Shown: one piece after another, positions 1-12,400 of the stretch
Layout of the letters: each line of letters starts with the position of its first letter
Position numbering within the stretch: position 1 is the stretch's first letter
Source: Auanema rhodensis
Lineage: Eukaryota > Animalia > Nematoda
DNA length: 64,000 nt
Assembly (NCBI GenBank): GCA_964057225.1
Contig: OZ059898.1
Span: forward strand, 20,770,001-20,834,000
Reading direction: 5' to 3'
Made by a program: the position numbers and the translations under genes
Notes under the pieces: generated by a model
Seen by the model: the letters and a program-made list of their open reading frames with translations, nothing else
What the model was told of the DNA's origin: nothing
The model's database searches: none

Positions 1-176
1 TAAATGTACACGTGATGTGCACTTGGTATGTAACTCGCTTCACGTGAAAGATAAAGAGATGCGGTTTTCAAAATTAGATTCCCCATGTCCATATTAGTCT
101 AAAAACAAATTTTTATTGATATTGGTGCATGGTAACCATGACTTTGAAATTTACGTGAACTTTAATTTATGCTAAT
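1..176 (+). repeat. Representative monomer (consensus except T127G)
   Basis: Contains TGTACA (5-10), CACGTG (9-14), GTGCAC (17-22), TTCACGTGAA (39-48), TTTT-C-AAAA (65-73), TTAG-T-CTAA (94-102), TAAAAA-caaa-TTTTTA (100-115), CATGGT-A-ACCATG (128-140) and AAATTTACGTGAACTT (147-162). 56 of 176 consensus bases are G or C. Confidence 0.98.
9..48. promoter_or_regulatory. Two E-box/G-box CACGTG motifs per monomer (m9-14 and m41-46), plus a degenerate TACGTG at m152-157; potential bHLH/bZIP sites, repeated array-wide
   Basis: The motifs are read directly from the sequence. There is no evidence of binding or function. Confidence 0.3.
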
Positions 177-3100
177 TAAATGTACACGTGATGTGCACTT
201 GGTATGTAACTCGCTTCACGTGAAAGATAAAGAGATGCGGTTTTCAAAATTAGATTCCCCATGTCCATATTAGTCTAAAAACAAATTTTTATTGATATTG
301 GTTCATGGTAACCATGACTTTGAAATTTACGTGAACTTTAATTTATGCTAATTAAATGTACACGTGATGTGCACTTGGTATGTAACTAGCTTCACGTAAA
401 AGATAAAGAGATGCGGTTTTCAAAATTAGATTTCCCATGTCCATATTAGTCTAAAAACAAATTTTCATTGATACTGGTTCATGGTAACCATGACTTTGAA
501 ATTTACGTGAACTTTAATTTATGCTAATTAAATGTACACGTGATGTGCACTTGGTATGTAACTCGCTTCACGTGAAAGATAAAGAGATGCGGTTTTCAAA
601 ATCAGATTCCCCATGTCCATATTAGTCTAAAAACAAATTTTTATTGATATTGGTTCATGGTAACCATGACTTTGAAATTTACGTGAACTTTAATTTATGC
701 TAATTAAATGTACACGTCATGTGCACTTGGTATGTAACTCGCTTCACGTGAAAGATAAAGAGATGCGGTTTTTAAAATTAGATTCCCCATGTCCATATTA
801 GTCTAAAAACAAATTTTTATTGATATTGGTGCATGGTAACCATGACTTTGAAATTTACGTGAACTTTAATTTATGCTAATTAAATGTACACGTGATGTGC
901 ACTTGGTATGTAACTCGCTTCACGTGAAAGATAAAGAGATGCGGTTTTCAAAATTAGATTTCCCATGTCCATATTAGTCTAAAAACAAATTTTTATTGAT
1001 ACTGGTTCATGGTAACCATGACTTTGAAATTTACGTGAACTTTAATTTATGCTAATTAAATGTACACGTGATGTGCACTTGGTATGTAACTCGCTTCACG
1101 TGAAAGATAAAGAGATGCGGTTTTCAAAATCAGATTCCCCATGTCCATATTAGTCTAAAAACAAATTTTTATTGATATTGGTGCATGGTAACCATGACTT
1201 TGAAATTTACGTGAACTTTAATTTATGCTAATTAAATGTACACGTGATGTGCACTTGGTATGTAACTCGTTTCACGTGAAAGATAAAGAGATGCGGTTTT
1301 CAAAATTAGATTCCCCATGTCCATATTAGTCTATAAACAAATTTTTATTGATATTGGTTCATGGTAACCATGACTTTGAAATTTACGTGAACTTTAATTT
1401 ATGCTAATTAAATGTACACGTGATGTGCACTTGGTATGTAACTCGCTTCACGTGAAAGATAAAGAGATGCGGTTTTCAAAATTAGATTCCCTATGTCCAT
1501 ATTAGTCTAAAAACAAATTGTTATTAATATTGGTGCATGGTAACCATGACTTTGAAATTTACGTGAACTTTAATTTATGCTAATTAAATGTACACGTGAT
1601 GTGCACTTGGTATGTAACTCGCTTCACGTAAAAGATAAAGAGATGCGGTTTTCAAAATTAGATTTCCCATGTCCATATTAGTCTAAAAACAAATTTTTAT
1701 TGATATTGGTTCATGGTAACCATGACTTTGAAATTTACGTGAACTTTAATTTATGCTAATTAAATGTACACGTGATGTGCACTTGGTATGTAACTCGCTT
1801 CACGTGAAAGATAAAGAGATGCGGTTTTCAAAATTAGATTCCCCATGTCCATATTAGTCTAAAAACAAATTTTTATTGATATTGGTGCATGGTAACCATG
1901 ACTTTGAAATTTACGTGAACTTTAATTTATGCTAATTAAATGTACACGTGATGTGCACTTGGTATGTAACTAGCTTCACGTAAAAGATAAAGAGATGCGG
2001 TTTTCAAAATTAGATTTCCCATGTCCATATTAGTCTAAAAACAAATTTTTATTGATATTGGTGCATGGTAACCATGACTTTGAAATTTACGTGAACTTTA
2101 ATTTATACTAATTAAATGTACACGTGATGTGCACTTGGTATGTAACTCGCTTCACGTGAAAGATAAAGAGATGCGATTTTCAAAATTAGATTCCCCATGT
2201 CCATTTTAGTCTAAAAACAAATTTTTATTGATATTGGTGCATGGTAACCATGACTTTGAAATTTACGTGAACTTTAATTTATACTAATTAAATGTACACG
2301 TGATGTGCACTTGGTATGTAACTCGCTTCACGTGAAAGATAAAGAGATGCGGTTTTCAAAATTAGATTTCCCATGTCCATATTAGTCTAAAAACAAATTT
2401 TTATTGATATTGGTTCATGGTAACCATGACTTTGAAATTTACGTGAACTTTAATTTATGCTAATTAAATGTACACGTGATGTGCACTTGGTATGTAACTC
2501 GCTTCACGTGAAAGATAAAGAGATGCGGTTTTCAAAATTAGATTCCCCATGTCCATATTAGTCTAATTACAAATTTTTATTGATATTGGTTCATGGTAAC
2601 CATGACTTTGAAATTTACGTGAACTTTAATTTATACTAATTAAATGTACACGTGATGTGCACTTGGTATGTAACTCGCTTCACGTGAAAGATAAAGAGAT
2701 GCGGTTTTCAAAATTAGATTCCCCATGTCCATATTAGTCTATAAACAAATTTATATTGATATTGGTTCATGGTAACCATGACTTTGAAATTTACGTGAAC
2801 TTTAATTTATGCTAATTAAATGTACACGTGATGTGCACTTGGTATGTAACTCGCTTCACGTGAAAGATAAAGAGATGCGGTTTTCAAAATTAGATTCCCC
2901 ATGTCCATATTAGTCTAAAAACAAATTTTTATTGATATTGGTGCATGGTAACCATGACTTTGAAATTTACGTGAACTTTAATTTATGCTAATTAAATGTA
3001 CACGTGATGTGCACTTGGTATGTAACTCGCTTCACGTGAAAGATAAAGAGATGCGGTTTCCAAAATTAGATTCCCCATGTCCATATTAGTCTAATTACAA

Positions 3101-5104
3101 ATTTTTATTGATATTGGTTCATGGTAACCATGACTTTGAAATTTACGTGAACTTTAATTTATACTAATTAAATGTACACGTGATGTGCACTTGGTATGTA
3201 ACTCGTTTCACGTGAAAGATAAAGAGATGCGGTTTTCAAAATTAGATTCCCCATGTCCATATTAGTCTATAAACAAATTTATATTGATATTGGTTCATGG
3301 TAACCATGACTTTGAAATTTACGTGAACTTTAATTTATGCTAATTAAATGTACACGTGATGTGCACTTGGTATGTAACTCGCTTCACGTGAAAGATAAAA
3401 AGATGCGGTTTTCAAAATTAGATTCCCTATGTCCATATTAGTCTAAAAACAAATTGTTATTGATATTGGTGCATGGTAACCATGACTTTGAAATTTACGT
3501 GAACTTTAATTTATGCTAATTAAATGTACACGTGATGTGCACTTGGTATGTAACTCGCTTCACGTAAAAGATAAAGAGATGCGGTTTTCAAAATTAGATT
3601 TCCCATGTCCATATTAGTCTAAAAACAAATTTTTATTGATATTGGTTCATGGTAACCATGACTTTGAAATTTACGTGAACTTTAATTTATGCTAATTAAA
3701 TGTACACGTGATGTGCACTTGGTATGTAACTCGCTTCACGTGAAAGATAAAGAGATGCGGTTTTCAAAATTAGATTCCCCATGTCCATATTAGTCTAAAA
3801 ACAAATTTTTATTGATATTGGTGCATGGTAACCATGACTTTGAAATTTACGTGAACTTTAATTTATGCTAATTAAATGTACACGTGATGTGCACTTGGTA
3901 TGTAACTAGCTTCACGTAAAAGATAAAGAGATGCGGTTTTCAAAATTAGATTTCCCATGTCCATATTAGTCTAAAAACAAATTTTTATTGATACTGGTTC
4001 ATGGTAACCATGACTTTGAAATTTACGTGAACTTTAATTTATACTAATTAAATGTACACGTGATGTGCACTTGGTATGTAACTCGCTTCACGTGAAAGAT
4101 AAAGAGATGCGGTTTTCAAAATTAGATTTCCCATGTCCATATTAGTCTAAAAACAAATTTTTATTGATATTGGTTCTTGGTAACCATGACTTTGAAATTT
4201 ACGTGAACTTTAATTTATGCTAATTAAATGTACACGTCATGTGCACTTGGTATGTAACTCGCTTCACGTGAAAGATAAAGAGATGCGGTTTCCAAAATTA
4301 GATTCCCCATGTCCATATTAGTCTAATTACAAATTTTTATTGATATTGGTTCATGGTAACCATGACTTTGAAATTTACGTGAACTTTAATTTATGCTAAT
4401 TAAATGTACACGTGATGTGCACTTGGTATGTAACTCGCTTCACGTGAAAGATAAAGAGATGCGGTTTTCAAAATTAGATTCCCCATGTCCATATTAGTCT
4501 AAAAACAAATTTTTATTGATATTGGTTCATGGTCACCATGACTTTCAAATTTACGTGAACTTTAATTTATGCTAATTAAATGTACACGTGATGTGCACTT
4601 GGTATGTAACTCGCTTCACGTGAAAGATAAAGAGATGCGGTTTTCAAAATTAGATTCCCCATGTCCATATTAGTCTAAAAACAAATTGTTATTGATATTG
4701 GTTCATGGTAACCATGACTTTGAAATTTACGTGAACTTTAATTTATGCTAATTAAATGTACACGTCATGTGCACTTGGTATGTAACTAGCTTCACGTAAA
4801 AGATAAAGAGATGCGGTTTTCAAAATTAGATTTCCCATGTCCATATTAGTCTAAAAACAAATTTTTATTGATATTGGTGCATGGTAACCATGACTTTGAA
4901 ATTTACGTGAACTTTAATTTATGCTAATTAAATGTACACGTGATGTGCACTTGGTATGTAACTCGCTTCACGTGAAAGATAAAGAGATGCGGTTTTCGAA
5001 ATTAGATTCCCCATGTCCATATTAGTCTAAAAACAAATTTTTATTGATATTGGTTCATGGTAACCATGACTTTGAAATTTACGTGAACTTTAATTTATGC
5101 TAAT

Positions 5105-8100
5105 TAAATGTACACGTGATGTGCACTTGGTATGTAACTCGCTTCACGTGAAAGATAAAGAGATGCGGTTTTCAAAATTAGATTCCCTATGTCCATATTA
5201 GTCTAAAAACAAATTGTTATTGATATTGGTGCATGGTAACCATGACTTTGAAATTTACGTGAACTTTAATTTATGCTAATTAAATGTACACGTGATGTGC
5301 ACTTGGTATGTAACTCGCTTCACGTAAAAGATAAAGAGATGCGGTTTTCAAAATTAGATTTCCCATGTCCATATTAGTCTAAAAACAAATTTTTATTGAT
5401 ATTGGTTCATGGTAACCATGACTTTGAAATTTACGTGAACTTTAATTTATGCTAATTAAATGTACACGTGATGTGCACTTGGTATGTAACTCGCTTCACG
5501 TGAAAGATAAAGAGATGCGGTTTTCGAAATTAGATTCCCCATGTCCATATTAGTCTAAAAACAAATTTTTATTGATATTGGTTCATGGTAACCATGACTT
5601 TGAAATTTACGTGAACTTTAATTTATGCTAATTAAATGTACACGTGATGTGCACTTGGTATGTAACTCGCTTCACGTGAAAGATAAAGAGATGCGATTTT
5701 CAAAATTAGATTCCCCATGTCCATTTTAGTCTAAAAACAAATTTTTATTGATATTGGTTCATGGTAACCATGACTTTGAAATTTACGTGAACTTTAATTT
5801 ATGCTAATTAAATGTACACGTGATGTGCACTTGGTATGTAACTCGCTTCACGTGAAAGATAAAGAGATGCGGTTTTCAAAATTAGATTCCCCATGTCCAT
5901 ATTAGTCTAAAAACAAATTTTTATTGATATTGGTGCATGGTAACCATGACTTTGAAATTTACGTGAACTTTAATTTATGCTAATTAAATGTACACGTGAT
6001 GTGCACTTGGTATGTAACTAGCTTCACGTAAAAGATAAAGAGATGCGGTTTTCAAAATTAGATTTCCCATGTCCATATTAGTCTAAAAACAAATTTTTAT
6101 TGATATTGGTTCATGGTAACCATGACTTTGAAATTTACGTGAACTTTAATTTATGCTAATTAAATGTACACGTGATGTGCACTTGGTATGTAACTCGCTT
6201 CACGTGAAAGATAAAGAGATGCGGTTTTCGAAATTAGATTCCCCATGTCCATATTAGTCTAAAAACAAATTTTTATTGATATTGGTTCATGGTAACCATG
6301 ACTTTGAAATTTACGTGAACTTTAATTTATGCTAATTAAATGTACACGTGATGTGCACTTGGTATGTAACTCGCTTCACGTGAAAGATAAAGAGATGCGA
6401 TTTTCAAAATTAGATTCCCCATGTCCATTTTAGTCTAAAAACAAATTTTTATTGATATTGGTTCATGGTAACCATGACTTTGAAATTTACGTGAACTTTA
6501 ATTTATGCTAATTAAATGTACACGTGATGTGCACTTGGTATGTAACTCGCTTCACGTGAAAGATAAAGAGATGCGGTTTTCAAAATTAGATTCCCCATGT
6601 CCATATTAGTCTAAAAACAAATTTTTATTGATATTGGTGCATGGTAACCATGACTTTGAAATTTACGTGAACTTTAATTTATGCTAATTAAATGTACACG
6701 TGATGTGCACTTGGTATGTAACTAGCTTCACGTAAAAGATAAAGAGATGCGGTTTTCAAAATTAGATTTCCCATGTCCATATTAGTCTAAAAACAAATTT
6801 TTATTGATACTGGTTCATGGTAACCATGACTTTGAAATTTACGTGAACTTTAATTTATACTAATTAAATGTACACGTGATGTGCACTTGGTATGTAACTC
6901 GCTTCACGTGAAAGATAAAGAGATGCGGTTTTCAAAATTAGATTCCCTATGTCCATATTAGTCTAAAAACAAATTGTTATTGATATTGGTGCATGGTAAC
7001 CATGACTTTGAAATTTACGTGAACTTTAATTTATGCTAATTAAATGTACACGTGATGTGCACTTGGTATGTAACTCGCTTCACGTAAAAGATAAAGAGAT
7101 GCGGTTTTCAAAATTAGATTTCCCATGTCCATATTAGTCTAAAAACAAATTTTTATTGATATTGGTTCATGGTAACCATGACTTTGAAATTTACGTGAAC
7201 TTTAATTTATGCTAATTAAATGTACACGTGATGTGCACTTGGTATGTAACTCGCTTCACGTGAAAGATAAAGAGATGCGGTTTTCGAAATTAGATTCCCC
7301 ATGTCCATATTAGTCTAAAAACAAATTTTTATTGATATTGGTTCATGGTAACCATGACTTTGAAATTTACGTGAACTTTAATTTATGCTAATTAAATGTA
7401 CACGTGATGTGCACTTGGTATGTAACTCGCTTCACGTGAAAGATAAAGAGATGCGATTTTCAAAATTAGATTCCCCATGTCCATTTTAGTCTAAAAACAA
7501 ATTTTTATTGATATTGGTTCATGGTAACCATGACTTTGAAATTTACGTGAACTTTAATTTATGCTAATTAAATGTACACGTGATGTGCACTTGGTATGTA
7601 ACTCGCTTCACGTGAAAGATAAAGAGATGCGGTTTTCAAAATTAGATTCCCCATGTCCATATTAGTCTAAAAACAAATTTTTATTGATATTGGTGCATGG
7701 TAACCATGACTTTGAAATTTACGTGAACTTTAATTTATGCTAATTAAATGTACACGTGATGTGCACTTGGTATGTAACTAGCTTCACGTAAAAGATAAAG
7801 AGATGCGGTTTTCAAAATTAGATTTCCCATGTCCATATTAGTCTAAAAACAAATTTTTATTGATATTGGTTCATGGTAACCATGACTTTGAAATTTACGT
7901 GAACTTTAATTTATGCTAATTAAATGTACACGTGATGTGCACTTGGTATGTAACTCGCTTCACGTGAAAGATAAAGAGATGCGGTTTTCGAAATTAGATT
8001 CCCCATGTCCATATTAGTCTAAAAACAAATTTTTATTGATATTGGTTCATGGTAACCATGACTTTGAAATTTACGTGAACTTTAATTTATGCTAATTAAA

Positions 8101-9454
8101 TGTACACGTGATGTGCACTTGGTATGTAACTCGCTTCACGTGAAAGATAAAGAGATGCGATTTTCAAAATTAGATTCCCCATGTCCATTTTAGTCTAAAA
8201 ACAAATTTTTATTGATATTGGTTCATGGTAACCATGACTTTGAAATTTACGTGAACTTTAATTTATGCTAATTAAATGTACACGTGATGTGCACTTGGTA
8301 TGTAACTCGCTTCACGTGAAAGATAAAGAGATGCGGTTTTCAAAATTAGATTCCCCATGTCCATATTAGTCTAAAAACAAATTTTTATTGATATTGGTGC
8401 ATGGTAACCATGACTTTGAAATTTACGTGAACTTTAATTTATGCTAATTAAATGTACACGTGATGTGCACTTGGTATGTAACTAGCTTCACGTAAAAGAT
8501 AAAGAGATGCGGTTTTCAAAATTAGATTTCCCATGTCCATATTAGTCTAAAAACAAATTTTTATTGATACTGGTTCATGGTAACCATGACTTTGAAATTT
8601 ACGTGAACTTTAATTTATACTAATTAAATGTACACGTGATGTGCACTTGGTATGTAACTCGCTTCACGTGAAAGATAAAGAGATGCGGTTTTCAAAATTA
8701 GATTCCCTATGTCCATATTAGTCTAAAAACAAATTGTTATTGATATTGGTGCATGGTAACCATGACTTTGAAATTTACGTGAACTTTAATTTATGCTAAT
8801 TAAATGTACACGTGATGTGCACTTGGTATGTAACTCGCTTCACGTAAAAGATAAAGAGATGCGGTTTTCAAAATTAGATTTCCCATGTCCATATTAGTCT
8901 AAAAACAAATTTTTATTGATATTGGTTCATGGTAACCATGACTTTGAAATTTACGTGAACTTTAATTTATGCTAATTAAATGTACACGTGATGTGCACTT
9001 GGTATGTAACTCGCTTCACGTGAAAGATAAAGAGATGCGGTTTTCGAAATTAGATTCCCCATGTCCATATTAGTCTAAAAACAAATTTTTATTGATATTG
9101 GTTCATGGTAACCATGACTTTGAAATTTACGTGAACTTTAATTTATGCTAATTAAATGTACACGTGATGTGCACTTGGTATGTAACTCGCTTCACGTGAA
9201 AGATAAAGAGATGCGATTTTCAAAATTAGATTCCCCATGTCCATTTTAGTCTAAAAACAAATTTTTATTGATATTGGTTCATGGTAACCATGACTTTGAA
9301 ATTTACGTGAACTTTAATTTATGCTAATTAAATGTACACGTGATGTGCACTTGGTATGTAACTCGCTTCACGTGAAAGATAAAGAGATGCGGTTTTCAAA
9401 ATTAGATTCCCCATGTCCATATTAGTCTAAAAACAAATTTTTATTGATATTGGT
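5105..9454 (+). repeat. Local 10-monomer (1760-bp) higher-order repeat, ~2.4 copies
   Basis: C84T+T112G+T127G monomers start at 5105, 6865 and 8625. G64A+A93T monomers start at 5633, 6337, 7393, 8097 and 9153 (spacing 4,6,4,6). The intervening haplotypes match in order. Confidence 0.9.
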
Positions 9455-12400
9455 TCATGGTAACCATGACTTTGAAATTTACGTGAACTTTAATTTATGC
9501 TAATTAAATGTACACGTGATGTGCACTTGGTATGTAACTCGCTTCACGTGAAAGATAAAGAGATGCGGTTTTCAAAATTAGATTCCCCATGTCCATATTA
9601 GTCTAAAAACAAATTTTTATTGATATTGGTGCATGGTAACCATGACTTTGAAATTTACGTGAACTTTAATTTATGCTAATTAAATGTACACGTGATGTGC
9701 ACTTGGTATGTAACTAGCTTCACGTAAAAGATAAAGAGATGCGGTTTTCAAAATTAGATTTCCCATGTCCATATTAGTCTAAAAACAAATTTTTATTGAT
9801 ACTGGTTCATGGTAACCATGACTTTGAAATTTACGTGAACTTTAATTTATACTAATTAAATGTACACGTGATGTGCACTTGGTATGTAACTCGCTTCACG
9901 TGAAAGATAAAGAGATGCGATTTTCAAAATTAGATTTCCCATGTCCATATTAGTCTAAAAACAAATTTTTATTGATATTGGTTCATGGTAACCATGACTT
10001 TGAAATTTACGTGAACTTTAATTTATGCTAATTAAATGTACACGTGATGTGCACTTGGTATGTAACTCGCTTCACGTGAAAGATAAAGAGATGCGGTTTC
10101 CAAAATTAGATTCCCCATGTCCATATTAGTCTAAAAACAAATTTTTATTGATATTGGTTCATGGTAACCATGACTTTGAAATTTACGTGAACTTTAATTT
10201 ATGCTAATTAAATGTACACGTGATGTGCACTTGGTATGTAACTCGCTTCACGTGAAAGATAAAGAGATGCGGTTTTCAAAATTAGATTTCCCATGTCCAT
10301 ATTAGTCTAAAAACAAATTTTTATTGATACTGGTTCATGGTAACCATGACTTTGAAATTTACGTGAACTTTAATTTATACTAATTAAATGTACACGTGAT
10401 GTGCACTTGGTATGTAACTCGCTTCACGTAAAAGATAAAGAGATGCGGTTTTCAAAATTAGATTTCCCATGTCCATATTAGTCTAAAAACAAATTTTTAT
10501 TGATACTGGTTCATGGTAACCATGACTTTGAAATTTACGTGAACTTTAATTTATGCTAATTAAATGTACACGTGATGTGCACTTGGTATGTAACTCGCTT
10601 CACGTGAAAGATAAAGAGATGCGGTTTTCAAAATCAGATTCCCCATGTCCATATTAGTCTAAAAACAAATTTTTATTGATATTGGTTCATGGTAACCATG
10701 ACTTTGAAATTTACGTGAACTTTAATTTATGCTAATTAAATGTACACGTGATGTGCACTTGGTATGTAACTCGCTTCACGTGAAAGATAAAGAGATGCGG
10801 TTTTCAAAATCAGATTCCCCATGTCCATATTAGTCTAAAAACAAGTTTTTATTGATATTGGTGCATGGTAACCATGACTTTGAAATTTACGTGAACTTTA
10901 ATTTATGCTAATTAAATGTACACGTGATGTGCACTTGGTATGTAACTCGTTTCACATGAAAGATAAAGAGATGCGGTTTTCAAAATTAGATTCCCCATGT
11001 CCATATTAGTCTAAAAACAAATTTTTATTGATATTGGTTCATGGTAACCATGACTTTGAAATTTACGTGAACTTTAATTTATGCTAATTAAATGTACACG
11101 TGATGTGCACTTGGTATGTAACTCGCTTCACGTGAAAGATAAAGAGATGCGGTTTTCAAAATTAGATTCCCTATGTCCATATTAGTCTAAAAACAAATTG
11201 TTATTGATATTGGTGCATGGTAACCATGACTTTGAAATTTACGTGAACTTTAATTTATGCTAATTAAATGTACACGTGATGTGCACTTGGTATGTAACTC
11301 GCTTCACGTGAAAGATAAAGAGATGCGGTTTTCGAAATTAGATTCCCCATGTCCATATTAGTCTAAAAACAAATTTTTATTGATATTGGTTCATGGTAAC
11401 CATGACTTTGAAATTTACGTGAACTTTAATTTATGCTAATTAAATGTACACGTGATGTGCACTTGGTATGTAACTCGCTTCACGTGAAAGATAAAGAGAT
11501 GCGGTTTTTGAAATTAGATTCCCCATGTCCATATTAGTCTAAAAACAAATTTTTATTGATATTGGTTCATGGTAACCATGACTTTGAAATTTACGTGAAC
11601 TTTAATTTATGCTAATTAAATGTACACGTGATGTGTACTTGGTATGTAACTCGCTTCACGTGAAAGATAAAGAGATGCGGTTTTCGAAATTAGATTCCCC
11701 ATGTCCATATCAGTCTAAAAACAAATTTTTATTGATATTGGTTCATGGTAACCATGACTTTGAAATTTACGTGAACTTTAATTTATGCTAATTAAATGTA
11801 CACGTGATGTGCACTTGGTATGTAACTCGCTTCACGTGAAAGATAAAGAGATGCGGTTTTCGAAATTAGATTCCCCATGTCCATATTAGTCTAAAAACAA
11901 ATTTTTATTGATATTGGTTCATGGTAACCATGACTTTGAAATTTACGTGAACTTTAATTTATGCTAATTAAATGTACACGTGATGTGCACTTGGTATGTA
12001 ACTCGCTTCACGTGAAAGATAAAGAGATGCGGTTTTCAAAATTAGATTCCCCATGTCCATATTAGTCTAAAAACAAATTTTTATTGATATTGGTTCATGG
12101 TAACCATGACTTTGAAATTTACGTGAACTTTAATTTATGCTAATTAAATGTACACGTGATGTGCACTTGGTATGTAACTCGCTTCACGTGAAAGATAAAG
12201 AGATGCGGTTTTCAAAATTAGATTCCCCATGTCCATATTAGTCTAAAAACAAATTTTTATTGATATTGGTTCATGGTAACCATGACTTTGAAATTTACGT
12301 GAACTTTAATTTATGCTAATTAAATGTACACGTGATGTGCACTTGGTATGTAACTCGCTTCACGTGAAAGATAAAGAGATGCGGTTTTCAAAATTAGATT

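Noticed and set aside
1-176. Assignment to a named ~176-bp satellite (e.g. Brassica CentBr) or to a species
   Set aside because: Length alone is not diagnostic and I do not recognise the sequence as a known family. A BLAST, Dfam or Repbase search of the consensus is needed.
1-176. Tandem 5S rRNA, tRNA, snRNA or spliced-leader gene unit
   Set aside because: No recognisable 5S or tRNA sequence, Pol III A/B boxes or cloverleaf; the dyads are short and local.
4994-5012. CENP-B box in A70G monomers (TTCG...)
   Set aside because: TTCG is present, but the required downstream A and CGGG of NTTCGNNNNANNCGGGN are absent.
11609-11791. 60-aa ORF MLIKCTRD...
   Set aside because: It is one satellite monomer read through because T95C (11711) turns TAG into CAG. 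The same frame is stopped in nearly all other monomers, and there is no recognisable domain or gene context.
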